64,000 bases of DNA from Trichormus sp. ATA11-4-KO1 (GCA_019358915.1 JAHHIM010000002.1:96001-160000); one strand, 5' to 3'. Shown: positions 9,996 through 21,500, numbered from the stretch's first letter. Notes: generated by a model from the sequence alone, not told the origin. Program-made: numbers and translations.

Positions 9996-10415
9996 TTAAT
10001 TTGAATTTGTGCCATTAGTCAACTCAATCAGCCGTTGCCAGTAAAACTCGGATATTGGGACAACAGAGAGTCTAGGGAGTCTTAGCAAGTCAAAGTCTGT
10101 AAATTGTTCATCTTGCTTGATTTGGGCTAGAGTGATGGGCTGGGAGACTCTTCTTGATGCCTTGATATCCACAACTACCCGTTTGGCATCGTTGAATGTT
10201 GGATCATCATAAGGTTGACTGACTACCTCTGCCACACCTATGACTTGTCGTTCTTTGCCTGTGTGATAAATTAATGCTAGATCGCCAGGAAGCATTGTGC
10301 GTAGATGTTTAAGTGCTAGAGGATTGTTGACCCCATCCCAAACTGTACTACCATCCTGTTCTAGATCAAAATAGGAATAATTTTCTGGTTCAGTTTTCAG
10401 CAGCCAATATGCCAT
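9996..10415 (-). CDS. EVE domain protein
   Basis: YWLLKTEP, WDGVNN, YHTG and RLSVVP motifs; ATG at 10415. Confidence 0.9.
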   Translation of the reverse strand: MAYWLLKTEPENYSYFDLEQDGSTVWDGVNNPLALKHLRTMLPGDLALIYHTGKERQVIGVAEVVSQPYDDPTFNDAKRVVVDIKASRRVSQPITLAQIKQDEQFTDFDLLRLPRLSVVPISEFYWQRLIELTNGTNSN

Positions 10416-10734
10416 CAAAGAATCTCCACAAATTTTGGTGTAACTTTTTTAGTATCAAAAAATGTAACCATTCTTACTTTTAACTATGGCAATGTCAAAG
10501 TAAAAACATATAGTAGGGGATATAGGACAGGCTTGAAAGTCTCTCTTAGTCAGTGTTTATGATTAATTGTTGTTCTAAGTTATGTGGTAACTGCTATACA
10601 AAAAGTGCTGAGTGCTGAGTTTATGAAAGTTCAAAGATATTTGTTGACTATGTAATGGTTGACAGTTAACTGCGGATTGCTAGATACGTTTGATTAACAG
10701 GATCTGTAGATATTTTTAGAGGAGTGCAAATCTT

Positions 10735-11481
10735 ATGTATAGAGCCGCTTTATCCGGTTCTCGGTTTCGTGCTGGCAACTTTTGGAAAACCATACCACTA
10801 GCTTTGCTAGTATGTGTAACTTTTGTCCAACCTGGGTTAGCCCAAGAACAAGAAAAATTATGGCGCACCTTGACTGTTAGTGGTCGCGGTGTGGAAACAA
10901 TTCCTACCACTTTGTCACAAGTCAGTTTGGGAGTGGAAGTGCAGGCTAAAACTGCCCAGGAAGCACAACAAGAGGCAGCCCGCAGGTCATCAGCTGTGGT
11001 AGCCTTGCTTAAAAGCCGAAATGTGGAAAAATTACAAACCACTGGTATCCGTCTGAATCCAGTTTATAGTTACACCAACAATGTGCAACGCATTACTGGG
11101 TATGCTGCTAATAACACTGTGAGTTTTCGCATTGCTACTGATAAAGCAGGTACTTTGTTAGATGAAGCAGTAAAAGCGGGTGCAACACAGATAAACGGCA
11201 TTAGTTTTGTTGCTAGTGATGCAGCGATCGCCTCTGCTCAAAAACAAGCACTCAGACAGGCCACCCAAGACGCTAGGCTACAAGCTGATGCTGTTTTCGA
11301 TGCCTTAGGCTTTCAGTCCAAAGAAGTAGTGAGTATTCAAGTCAATAGTGCTAGTGCGCCTCCACCACCTATATTGTATCGGGCTGAAGCGGGCAAGTTA
11401 GCTACTCAAGATGCTTCCACCCCGATAGTTGGTGGTGAACAGCCAGTAGAAGCATTGGTGACACTGCAAATTCGTTATTAG
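10735..11481 (+). CDS. SIMPL/DUF541 family exported protein
   Basis: Signal peptide; RTLTVSGRG, GYAANNTV, AVKAGAT. Confidence 0.88.
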   Translation: MYRAALSGSRFRAGNFWKTIPLALLVCVTFVQPGLAQEQEKLWRTLTVSGRGVETIPTTLSQVSLGVEVQAKTAQEAQQEAARRSSAVVALLKSRNVEKLQTTGIRLNPVYSYTNNVQRITGYAANNTVSFRIATDKAGTLLDEAVKAGATQINGISFVASDAAIASAQKQALRQATQDARLQADAVFDALGFQSKEVVSIQVNSASAPPPPILYRAEAGKLATQDASTPIVGGEQPVEALVTLQIRY

Positions 11482-11530
11482 TCATTGGTCATTGGTCATT
11501 GCCAATGACTAATGACTAATGACCAATGAT
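11482..11530. repeat. Inverted STRR heptamer arrays (TCATTGG / AATGACT), likely bidirectional terminator
   Basis: Tandem heptamers in opposite orientation between convergent genes. Confidence 0.7.
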
Positions 11531-11533
11531 TAA

Positions 11534-11896
11534 TTAAAAATGTTCTGAAGACATATCTGCCATACCGCCTTCTGCATCCCGTTTGGAACCTAACAACTCT
11601 AATTGGTCTACTCTAATAACTGGCATAGAACGGTTGGCTCCTGTTTGGCGATCGCTCCATGTGTCAAACTTTAAGGAACCTTTGATGCCAATTAAGCTGC
11701 CTTTACGTACATAATTACCCGCTACCTCTGCTGTTTTGTCCCAAAGCTCTAAGGTGAACCAGTCAGGTTCATCACTATTACGGGATCTACGTTTAACTGC
11801 TAGTGTCAATCTACACTTGACACTACCAGACTCGAAATATTTAATATCTGGGTCGCCGCCTACACGACCAACGAGGGTGACAATATTAATGCTCAT
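11534..11896 (-). CDS. ssb: Single-stranded DNA-binding protein
   Basis: INIVTLVGRVG..DP, DWF, KGSLIGIKGSL OB-fold; acidic tail. Confidence 0.95.
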   Translation of the reverse strand: MSINIVTLVGRVGGDPDIKYFESGSVKCRLTLAVKRRSRNSDEPDWFTLELWDKTAEVAGNYVRKGSLIGIKGSLKFDTWSDRQTGANRSMPVIRVDQLELLGSKRDAEGGMADMSSEHF

Positions 11897-11910
11897 GAAC
11901 TTTACCTATT

Positions 11911-11924
11911 AGTACATAAGTACT
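11911..11924 (-). promoter_or_regulatory. LexA box upstream of ssb
   Basis: AGTACATAAGTACT fits the cyanobacterial consensus RGTAC-N3-DGTWCB; 14 nt from the start codon. Confidence 0.8.
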
Positions 11925-12237
11925 GATGTATTCTGACTTTCATCATAGCGAATTGTGAAGCTATTGAAAATGTGTTAAAAACTTAACAGCCTGACTGGGT
12001 ATAAAAATGTGAGGAATTACTTGTAAAAATTGCCAAACTATACGGATATATTGAAGTAGTTAGAGAATACCAAAAATATGGATGCTTGAGACCTAGTAAA
12101 GATTGCCAAGTTGCCAAAAGGCAAACCAAAATAGCTTCATTTACTAGACTCAGGATAAAAAACGTAATAAAATCCAGCACTATTAACTCTAACAGTTTTT
12201 AGCCAACAAGTATCGCAAATAAGGGGCGTAGAGACGC

Positions 12238-13281
12238 GTGGGTCTTTTTAGGAACTTTCGCTCATCATGGGATATGGGTATCGACCTCGGTACTGCCAAC
12301 ACCCTCGTTTATGTATCTGGTAAAGGCATCGTCCTTCAAGAACCTTCTGTGGTTGCTATCGATCAAAACGAAAAGGTAGCACTGGCCGTAGGAGAAGAAG
12401 CCAAAAAAATGCTCGGTCGGACACCTGGAAATGTAATTGCCCTCCGCCCCTTGCGCGATGGTGTAATTGCTGACTTTGATACAGCTGAGCTAATGCTGAA
12501 GAGCTTTATTCAGCGTGTCAATGAGGGTAGGTCTTTAGTTTTACCTCGGATTGTCATTGGCATTCCCAGTGGTGTCACAGGGGTAGAAAGACGGGCTGTG
12601 ATGGATGCAGCTGCTCAAGCTGGAGCCAGGGAAGTGTATTTGATTGATGAACCGATAGCCGCAGCCATAGGCGCAGGGCTACCTGTTGCCGAAGCAACAG
12701 GCAATATGATTATTGATATTGGTGGTGGCACCACAGAAGTTGCGGTGCTGAGTCTTCAAGGTACTGTGATCAGCGAATCAGTGCGCGTTGCCGGGGATGA
12801 ACTAACTGAATCTATTATCATGTACATGAAGAAAGTTCATAACTTGGTGATTGGAGAACGGACTGCGGAAGATATCAAGATTAGGATTGGCTCTGCCTAT
12901 CCCACGAACGATGATGGCGATGCCATGATGGAAGTCCGGGGCTTACACTTGCTTTCTGGTTTACCCCGAACTATCACTCTCAAAGGGCCAGAAATCCGTG
13001 AAAGTATGTTGGAACCGCTATCAGTAATCATCGAAGCTGTAAAGCGGACACTGGAACGCACGCCTCCAGAACTAGCGGCAGACATTATTGACCGAGGCAT
13101 TATGCTAGCCGGTGGTGGTGCTTTGCTCAAAGGCATAGATACCCTAATTAGCCATGAAACAGGGATTGTCACCCACATTGCAGCTGATCCTCTCAGCTGT
13201 GTGGTGCTGGGAACAGGTCGTGTGTTAGAAAACTTCAAACAGCTAGAACGGGTTTTCAGTGGGCGTTCTCGCAATATGTAG
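12238..13281 (+). CDS. mreB: Rod shape-determining protein MreB
   Basis: GIDLGTANT and DIGGGTT actin-like motifs. Confidence 0.97.
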   Translation: MGLFRNFRSSWDMGIDLGTANTLVYVSGKGIVLQEPSVVAIDQNEKVALAVGEEAKKMLGRTPGNVIALRPLRDGVIADFDTAELMLKSFIQRVNEGRSLVLPRIVIGIPSGVTGVERRAVMDAAAQAGAREVYLIDEPIAAAIGAGLPVAEATGNMIIDIGGGTTEVAVLSLQGTVISESVRVAGDELTESIIMYMKKVHNLVIGERTAEDIKIRIGSAYPTNDDGDAMMEVRGLHLLSGLPRTITLKGPEIRESMLEPLSVIIEAVKRTLERTPPELAADIIDRGIMLAGGGALLKGIDTLISHETGIVTHIAADPLSCVVLGTGRVLENFKQLERVFSGRSRNM

Positions 13282-13292
13282 AAAAAAATATC

Positions 13293-13350
13293 AGATATTG
13301 GGTTCTATTTGGCTTCTATTTGGGTTTTATATAAATAGAATCCAATATCT
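13293..13350 (+). other. 18-bp intercistronic stem-loop between mreB and mreC
   Basis: AGATATTGGGTTCTATTT / AAATAGAATCCAATATCT (one G-U pair). Confidence 0.65.
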
Positions 13351-13374
13351 TGGGAATTTATAAAACGGGTATAA

Positions 13375-14160
13375 ATGGTTACTGTACGTCGTTGGTGGGA
13401 TCGGAAATTACTACAACTCGGTTTACTTACTGTAGTAGTAAGTAGTGCTTGGATATTGCGACAGACTCAAGGTCATTTACTGCTGGAAATGTACCAAGTA
13501 ATGAGTCGTCCGTTGCAGATGTTACAGACCGGGACAAGTCCAGAAGAGCGTCTCAATGATGCCCGCTTCTTGGAGTTGCAAACACGCATAGCCGATTTAG
13601 AAAGTCAAAATCAAAAGCTCCAAAGTTTATTAGGCTATGTTCAGGCGGCGCCACTCTCATCGCGCCCAATTACCGCGCGGGTGGTGGGACGCAGTGCTGA
13701 CCACTGGTGGCAACAAGTTACCCTGAATCGTGGCTCGAAGGCAGGAATTCAAGAAGGCTATATCGTTAAGACTGATGGTGGATTAGTAGGTTTGGTAGAG
13801 AATGTAACTCCCAACACTAGCCGCGTGCTGTTAATTAGTGACCTCAAAAGTCAAGTGGGTGTAACAATTAGCCGCACGTCAGCCAAAGGAGTTTTGCGGG
13901 GAGATTCTTCGGCAGAAGCAGTGCTAGAGTTTTATGAAAAAGTACCGAATGTCAAAGTGGGGGATTTAGTTTCTACATCCACTTACAGTCAAAGATTTCC
14001 TGCTGGTTTATCAGTAGGACGAATTAAGTCTTTAGATTTAAAGAAACTCCCAGCGTCAGTGGCAAAAGTTGAGCTTTTCCCGCCGATACTTTCATTAGAC
14101 TGGGTAGCTGTATATCCGAAGCCCACAAACCAAGAATTGGAAAGCCAAAATTCTCAGTAG
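13375..14160 (+). CDS. mreC: Rod shape-determining protein MreC
   Basis: TM plus coiled coil, GLVG motif, position after mreB. Confidence 0.93.
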   Translation: MVTVRRWWDRKLLQLGLLTVVVSSAWILRQTQGHLLLEMYQVMSRPLQMLQTGTSPEERLNDARFLELQTRIADLESQNQKLQSLLGYVQAAPLSSRPITARVVGRSADHWWQQVTLNRGSKAGIQEGYIVKTDGGLVGLVENVTPNTSRVLLISDLKSQVGVTISRTSAKGVLRGDSSAEAVLEFYEKVPNVKVGDLVSTSTYSQRFPAGLSVGRIKSLDLKKLPASVAKVELFPPILSLDWVAVYPKPTNQELESQNSQ

Positions 14161-14383
14161 CCGTTATGAAGGGAACAGGGGACAGGTAACATTTGGCAGT
14201 ATTGGATGGAATACAGCGATTTCACTCGTGTGGAAAAATGGCTAAATATTTAGGCGTAGGTACTTAAGAATTTTCCCCCTGCCCTATGCCCCATTAACTA
14301 CTCAGGATTTATAGAAAAATCTCTTTCCCTATCCCCTGTAACCTGTTCCCTATTTTCAAGATTCTTTAATCTATTTCAAAATA

Positions 14384-15019
14384 ATGAAGATACCTTCATT
14401 TGGTGGTAGGCGTAACAGGCCAAGACCACCACAGCGAAAATTTAAAATGTTAAATAAGCCACTGGCTCATTGGCATCCAGGTACACGTAAACTGCTAGAT
14501 TGGACGGTGACAGTTGGGTCTGTGCTGTTTTGTTTATTGATGTTACCAACCCGCTTCCCAGGGATGGAATTGTTGGGAATTGGGCCTAATTGGCTGTTAA
14601 TTTGGGTGGTAGCTTGGAGCGTAAAGCGCTCTGTTTTTTCAGGAGTATTGGCTGGTATAGTTTTAGGGCTACTTCAGGATGCGATGACAGCACCTCATCC
14701 TACTCATGCTGTTACTTTGGGACTAGTGGGACTGCTGACAGGCTTACTGCAAAAGCAGCGTTTTATCCAAGAAGATTTTATTTCTATTGCCTTAATTGTT
14801 TTTGTGATGGCAGTTTTGGCAGAAACTGTCTTTGGGTTGCAATTAACTTTGACGAGCGATGCCTACGGCGGGCCAAGCCTACGCAAAGTGGAATATATTT
14901 GGGCATATTACCAACGAGTCACCTTGGCTTCTGCTATTCTCAGTAGTCTCTGGGCACCTGTGGTTTATTATCCCCTCAATCTTTGGTGGCAGAAAATGAA
15001 ATTTTTAGAGCAAAACTAG
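14384..15019 (+). CDS. mreD: Rod shape-determining protein MreD
   Basis: Hydrophobic; PNWLLIWV, GLLQD; operon position. Confidence 0.92.
   Translation: MKIPSFGGRRNRPRPPQRKFKMLNKPLAHWHPGTRKLLDWTVTVGSVLFCLLMLPTRFPGMELLGIGPNWLLIWVVAWSVKRSVFSGVLAGIVLGLLQDAMTAPHPTHAVTLGLVGLLTGLLQKQRFIQEDFISIALIVFVMAVLAETVFGLQLTLTSDAYGGPSLRKVEYIWAYYQRVTLASAILSSLWAPVVYYPLNLWWQKMKFLEQN
14861..14881. mobile_element. 21-nt SDR5-like repeat inserted into a HIP1 site inside mreD
   Basis: GCGAT|GCCTACGGCGGGCCAAGCCTA|CGC; removing it restores GCGATCGC and keeps the frame. Confidence 0.8.
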
Positions 15020-15256
15020 GGAATGGGGAGTCGGGAATAGTGAGTGGGGAGTGGGGAAAAATATCTTTACTCCCTACTCTCTTATCTTCACTCCTAAATT
15101 TTTCTAGAAATTGGGCAAACCCTGGCAATATTGATTCAAGCTAGAGTTGAGTAAGATACCTCATGACCAACAATAGCGCCTGGATATTACTGTTTAACTA
15201 TTACAACAAAAGCAGCTAGGCTAGCGTGCAAAATACTTACAGTATCACCCAAAATT

Positions 15257-16483
15257 ATGGATAATTTCCCAGTGGTCGCTCAAGCAGATGCATCTCTACC
15301 CAATTACACTCAAGATAATGGGCTTCAAGTGCGATCGCCTGTTGAATCTTCACCAGTTAAAGAGAGGGTGGGCAGTGACTTTGACCGGGCGATGATGCAG
15401 CGCTGTTTGGAACTTGCTCGCCGTGCTTTGGGGCGCACTTCACCCAATCCGTTAGTGGGGGCGGTGGTTGTCAAAGATGGGGAAATCGTCGGGGAAGGGT
15501 TTCATCCCCGTGCAGGTGAGCCTCACGCAGAGGTTTTTGCCTTGAAAGCAGCAGGTTTTAGCCCAGACTCTACCCAAGAGAATCGCGCTCGTGGTGCAAC
15601 GGTTTATGTGAGTCTCGAACCTTGCAATCACCACGGACGTACTCCCCCTTGTTCAGAAGCGTTGATAGCAGCCGGTGTTGCCAAGGTGGTGGTGGGTATG
15701 GTTGACCCCAATCCATTGGTAGCTGGTGGTGGTATTGCTCGTTTACGTGCTGCTGGTATAGAGGTAATGGTGGGAGTAGAAGCAGAAGCTTGTCATCAGC
15801 TCAATGAAGCTTTTGTGCATCGCATCCTCTACAAACGACCTTTAGGGATTTTGAAATATGCCATGACTTTAGATGGCAAAATCGCCACGACCTCTGGTCA
15901 CAGTGCTTGGGTAACAAACCAAGACGCTCGTGGTGAAGTTCATCAACTACGGGCAGCGTGCGATGCCATAATTGTTGGTGGCAATACAGTACGCCAGGAT
16001 AATCCTTATTTAACCAGCCATCAGGTGGGAGCGCATAATCCTCTAAGGGTGGTAATGAGTCGTCATCTCAATTTACCTGAGAATGCCCGCCTGTGGCAAA
16101 CTGTGGAGGCTCCCACCTTGGTGTTGACAGAGGAAGGCAGCTCACCTGATTTTCAAAAATTCTTGCTCAAACAGGGAGTTGAGGTGATGGAGTTAACATC
16201 GCTCACGCCGGAGCAGGTGATGGCACATTTATACGATCGCGGTTGTTGTAGTGTGTTGTGGGAATGTGGTGGTACTTTAGCCGCAAGTGCGATCGCTCAA
16301 GGTGCAGTACAAAAAATTCTGGCTTTTATTGCTCCTAAAATCATTGGTGGTAGCCATGCTCCCACACCTGTAGGTGACTTAGGCTTTACCACCATGACAG
16401 AGGCGCTGCCCTTAGAACGTGTTCGTTGGCGTGTGGTAGGTTCTGATTGTTTAGTTGAAGGTTATTTGCCCCAAAAAAATTAA
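15257..16483 (+). CDS. ribD: Bifunctional riboflavin deaminase/reductase
   Basis: TSPNPLVG, HAE, LEPCNHHGRTPPC, TLDGKIAT, ECGG. Confidence 0.95.
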   Translation: MDNFPVVAQADASLPNYTQDNGLQVRSPVESSPVKERVGSDFDRAMMQRCLELARRALGRTSPNPLVGAVVVKDGEIVGEGFHPRAGEPHAEVFALKAAGFSPDSTQENRARGATVYVSLEPCNHHGRTPPCSEALIAAGVAKVVVGMVDPNPLVAGGGIARLRAAGIEVMVGVEAEACHQLNEAFVHRILYKRPLGILKYAMTLDGKIATTSGHSAWVTNQDARGEVHQLRAACDAIIVGGNTVRQDNPYLTSHQVGAHNPLRVVMSRHLNLPENARLWQTVEAPTLVLTEEGSSPDFQKFLLKQGVEVMELTSLTPEQVMAHLYDRGCCSVLWECGGTLAASAIAQGAVQKILAFIAPKIIGGSHAPTPVGDLGFTTMTEALPLERVRWRVVGSDCLVEGYLPQKN

Positions 16484-16548
16484 TAGTTCATAAGTCCGTA
16501 GCCAATAGTTATTACTATTGACTGTGGACTTATGTAATTTTGTTACTA

Positions 16549-16764
16549 TTAACACTGGCGTTCACAAGCAATATCACGTATGAGTGATAGCCGAGATTGA
16601 ATGTAATCACTGAGAAAATCAGTTTCTTTGGGATCTAACAACGCTTGCATTGTTGTTTGTTTTACCAGCCATTGTACCAAGCTAGCATCGTCCATCTGCA
16701 ATAGGGTCTTGGTTTGGGAGTTTTCAACCACAGACCAAAGCTGACGCAGAATTTTAGGAGTCAT
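16549..16764 (-). CDS. Small hypothetical protein
   Basis: Clean 71-aa ORF with GAGG RBS; MTPKILRQLWSVVE..SRLSLIRD. Confidence 0.75.
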   Translation of the reverse strand: MTPKILRQLWSVVENSQTKTLLQMDDASLVQWLVKQTTMQALLDPKETDFLSDYIQSRLSLIRDIACERQC

Positions 16765-17062
16765 TAAGACCTCAAGTTAATCATTAGCTTAGCTGTTTTT
16801 AGATTACACAATTCCTGCAACAGCTTACGACCTGAATGTACAAGTTGAGATAAGTATTATTAAAAACTTAATAGAGAGATTTATAACTTTATGAAGATTA
16901 AGAATAAGGAAACTGCATTGACAAATTTACAAAAAGTTACTTAATACTGTTTTGCAGTGTGGCGATTGCGATTACGAGTTTAATAAAGAATTGCCGATAA
17001 ACCTACAGCACCAACTAAAATCTAACATTTTTAATTACGAATTATGAATTACGAATTACGAA

Positions 17063-17452
17063 TTAGTCTTCTTCGTACTCTACCCAACTATTAGGTGTTT
17101 CTGAAATATGTACTTTTAGTTGTACATCTGGGGGTACACGTTTCTTAGTTTCATCATAAATATATTTGGCAATCATCTCAGCAGTGGTTTCGTACTCACT
17201 AGGCATGACTTCATTGAGAACACAGTGATCCAGTCCGCCTTTAGTTACATCCTGTTTCGCCCAGCGCAAAGTTCTAAAATCAGCCACCATTACTGGATGT
17301 GGGCAATAATCGGAAGAGTGCAACTGTGTTGATGTAGCCTCAATGTGAACTTTATAAGTATGTCCGTGCATCCGACCACAAGGGCCATTGTAATCTTTGA
17401 TATAGTGCGCGCTATCAAATGTGAATTCAGTTACTAGTTTCCATTTAGGCAT
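17063..17452 (-). CDS. queD: 6-carboxy-5,6,7,8-tetrahydropterin synthase (QueD/PTPS)
   Basis: FDSAH, CxxxHGHTY, LDH, TTAE and ISET motifs. Confidence 0.88.
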   Translation of the reverse strand: MPKWKLVTEFTFDSAHYIKDYNGPCGRMHGHTYKVHIEATSTQLHSSDYCPHPVMVADFRTLRWAKQDVTKGGLDHCVLNEVMPSEYETTAEMIAKYIYDETKKRVPPDVQLKVHISETPNSWVEYEED

Positions 17453-17772
17453 CTCAATATCACCTTGTAGCCAATTCTTAAATAAATTTTTATGTTACTC
17501 ACTTATTATATGATTACAAATACTTTTGAGATGCTGCCACGTAAATTTTAGATTTAATTCATATTTATTTATAAAATCCTTGACGGAAACTAAAAAAGGT
17601 TTTGAATGAGAACTCAATATATGACAGAAAAGTATGTAAAGATATCTTGCATATTGAGAATCAGTCTAATAATTGAAAGTGTGCATGAATTCGACATAGT
17701 AGTCAGTTCTTCTCAATTTTATTTCGCTGGCGTAGAAGCTAATTTTGCCAGCATTTATCTGGAGACAAAAAA

Positions 17773-18513
17773 GTGCAAATTACAAAACGCAATGTTGAGT
17801 TGAGAGTAAATAACAGTTTAATGCGTGTTTATGTAGCATCTCCCAAGCCAACAGGAATCTATCCAGGTATTATATTTTACAGCGATATTTATCAGTTAGG
17901 TGGTGCGATAATTCGTTTGGCTAACTACTTAGCAGGATATGGCTATGTAGTGGCAGCCCCAGAGATTTTTCATTGTATTGAAACTGTTGGTTCAGTTATT
18001 GAACCAGACGATTTGGGTAGAATGCGAGGCAATGATAATGCACGTCGCACGCCGATAGCTAGTCATGATGCCGATTGTCTGGCTGTAATTGAATTTCTGC
18101 AAAGAGAAAGTTCAGTTTCTCCAGGCAAAATTGGTAGTTTAGGCTTTTGTATTGGTGGACATTTAGCCTTTCGAGCAGCCTTGCAAAACGAAATTAGGGC
18201 AGCAGTTTGCTGCTACCCTACTGGTATTCCTAGTGGCAAATTGGGTCAGGGGGTAGCTGACACCATCAACCGGGTAAGTGAAATCACAGGTGAGATATTG
18301 ATGGTGTTCGGTACTCTTGACCCTCATATTCCAGAGAATGACCGTCACACCTTAATCAAAGCCCTAGAGAATGCTGGGGTACCTCACAGGATTCTGTTAT
18401 ATGAAGCAGAGCATACCTTCATGCGTGACGATGGTTATCGCTATGATTCGGCGGCGGCTACTTCTGCTTGGTCGGAAATAGTAGCATTCTGGCAACGGGT
18501 GTTTGTGGACTGA
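17773..18513 (+). CDS. Dienelactone hydrolase family protein
   Basis: GFCIGG nucleophile elbow; DPHIP and AEHTF. Confidence 0.9.
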   Translation: MQITKRNVELRVNNSLMRVYVASPKPTGIYPGIIFYSDIYQLGGAIIRLANYLAGYGYVVAAPEIFHCIETVGSVIEPDDLGRMRGNDNARRTPIASHDADCLAVIEFLQRESSVSPGKIGSLGFCIGGHLAFRAALQNEIRAAVCCYPTGIPSGKLGQGVADTINRVSEITGEILMVFGTLDPHIPENDRHTLIKALENAGVPHRILLYEAEHTFMRDDGYRYDSAAATSAWSEIVAFWQRVFVD

Positions 18514-18537
18514 AGTAGAGTTGAAATTGTCTGTTTT

Positions 18538-21500
18538 TCACTCAAATTGTATAGGCGATCGCCCTGATACAATTATGAAACCTACAGAATCAAGCCTGAT
18601 CTGCGGCTGGCGGATGCCCTCCAAAATTGCTGCACTCAATGCAGTTTCGATCTTCAATTCTTCAGCCAAAGTCCGATCCCAAGTTTGCCGATTTAGGCGG
18701 AGACGTAATTGTTCTACTCTCTTGCTTAATTTCTGCTCGGCAACTTTACTACATTGTTGGTGTAAAGCGATAAAATTGGGGCGATCGCAGAGTAATTCTA
18801 AAGAAGTACGACGCGCTTGTTGGCAGAAGCTGGGCCACTTACTAGCATCAACAAAATCATCAATAATTCCTAAGCGCTCTTTAGCTAAATTGTAATCTCG
18901 GCACTTATCACTGTTTTTATATTTATACGGTCGTTGCAGAATATTTAAAAGTGCTGCATCTTCAACAACGCATACTGGCTGGCTGCGACCATCAATAAAA
19001 ACAGTTTCCATAGTTGGGGGTAATAAAGCATCGACACGCCGTTTCAAGATTTTATCTTGAGAATTATCTAGGTTGTAAGTTTTTAAAATTTGCCGGGCAA
19101 CTTCTAAGTTTGTTTCAACTACATAATTGAAGCGAAAACCAAACCATTCTTTACCTGACGCAGGATTCCAAGAATCATCAGTGCGCCACATGGCAAAAGC
19201 TTTACCTCTGTCGTCCCAATTTATATAGTTGACGAGTGATTCTACTAATCCTTCGCCAATGCGGAAGAGTTTAATACCAGAATTTTGGTTTGCTACTCGG
19301 CGATTATAAGTACCAAATTGGTCAGTATTATTATTCGCGAAGTGAGTTTTCAACTCATCTACAGAAACCAAAGTGCGCGTTGTCGGTTGATAACGTTTCA
19401 CTTCTGCTGAATTGGGATTGTTAACTGACTTAAATCCCAGTGCGTCACAAATCCAGCCTTCAATTGCCTGTTTAATTTCTAAATGACAGGCATCATAATT
19501 ATCTAAGTCTTGAAAATACTGATGGGTATTTTCATCAAGAGTATCAATTTCATCAAGTGCATTCTGTTCGCTAATTTTCACTGTTTCGGCGGTAATTTGT
19601 TGCTGAATTGGCTCAATCATTGCTAATAATCCAGCAGCACCTGACTGGAATAAAGCTGTTTCTAACTCTGCCAATTTTTCATCTACATAAAATTGGAGAC
19701 TGGCAATTGATTGCTCAAAAATACCAAACCCATTTTTTAAGAGTTGATACCAGGCATTTTGAGGGCTATCTTCCAAATAAGGGCCAAGGAATACACATGA
19801 TTGGATGCCAATTTTGCTGCCAATGCGGTCAAATCTGCCGATGCGTTGTTCTAATTGATTAGGCGACCAAGGGAGATCAAAGTGGATGAAGCAGTCAGCA
19901 AACTGAAAGTTAAGTCCTTCTTCCCCAGAGCGATCGCATACCAGAATAAAGCAGCTGGGATTATCCTTAAACCGCCTGATGTTTTTCTCAACTTTTTCTC
20001 GTGATTCTCCCAATTGATGACCAGCAACTGTTTCTTCACCGAAGCTACGAGATAAACAGCGCACAATTTCTGTACAAGATTGCCCAAAACTTGTAAAAAT
20101 TACAAATTTGGGCAATATATCACCGGGAATCGGTCTGCGAATTCTCTGCTGTATTCTTGTTAGCAATTCTTGCTTATTGCGGCGAACAGTTGGCGCAATT
20201 TTGAAATGTGCGGCTAGCTGATTTAGCAGTACTGTTTTGAGATTTTCTTGTCGGTCTCCGTCTTCTACAGGCTGACGCAGAATTTTTAGTAGGGATTGCA
20301 GAATCTCTGCTTCCTCTGGGAATTTAGGGGTTGTAGTCAAGATGCAAAGATCATCTTCGGGAAATTCCTGGATGAGTTTGGCAGGGACTTTACCACTTAA
20401 ACGTGCGGTAATTACCTCTTCTAGAATTCCTAACCAAGTACCAGCAGCCAAGAATAATAAGAGAAAAATGCGCTGATATGGCTTTTCTGGAGGAGCAACA
20501 GTCCGCCATTTTTCCATGAGTTCATGAATATCCAGCGATCGCTCATCTAAATCATATTCTTCTTTAGGCGTGACATCGCGGTCAAATATGACATCTTCCA
20601 CCGCAGTCCGACGGTTACGCAGCATTCTGCGGTGCAGTCGATAGGTATCGCTGATGTGAGTGCGAATGGCGCGGATAATTTTATCTGGTGCAGGGGAGTT
20701 TGTTTGTAAACAACTTGCTAAATTATCCGCCAGAGTCATCAAATACTCATCCTCAGCAAACAAATTTCGCAGTTGCTTGAGGTTGGTTTGCAAAACATCA
20801 GTATTTACACCTTCTCTCAATGAGAGGAGAACTTTACCGATTTCCTGGCAATTTTCCACTCTGGCGCGAAAACCCGCCAAATCATTGAGTTGATAGGTTG
20901 TGGGATCGAGCAAATGCAGCATTGCTAGAAAATCCTGCTCGTGGTTGAGGACAGGAGTGGCAGATAATAAAAGCAAGCGATCGCTTTTATGAGCCAGATT
21001 TTTACAAGTCTCAAAACGTTGGCGCATTGCTGCATCCTTAGAGGTTGCCATTGCCGCGATGTGATGCGCTTCATCTAAGATTAAGCAACCAATATTCGCT
21101 TTCTGGTTGATTCTATGAATATCTTCAACCGCCAGCACCACCACCCGTTTGCCAAAATGAGAGATGTAAAACTTATTTTCTAACTCAGTCCGCCATTGTG
21201 GAAGCAAATATTGCGGAACTAACACCACCGCCCCTCTTTTTGGCTCATCTAGCAGGTATTGACGGAGAATCGCCCCGGCTTCGATAGTTTTTCCGAGTCC
21301 CACCTCATCTGCTAACAAATAGCGCTGAATCGGGTCTTCTAGTACGCGCCGGACAACTTCAACTTGGTGAGGATAAAGGTCTATGTTCGCCGAAATTAGC
21401 CCCGTCATCCCACGACTCACCGCGCGTTGCTGAATCAAGCATTTCACAAAAGCCAATCTTTTATCGTGAAAATAAGGCGTTTCGTGACCCTTGATTGCCA

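Noticed and set aside
10464..10477. GTA-N8-TAC between the EVE and SIMPL genes
   Set aside because: No -10 box at a suitable distance in either direction; such matches are common in AT-rich DNA
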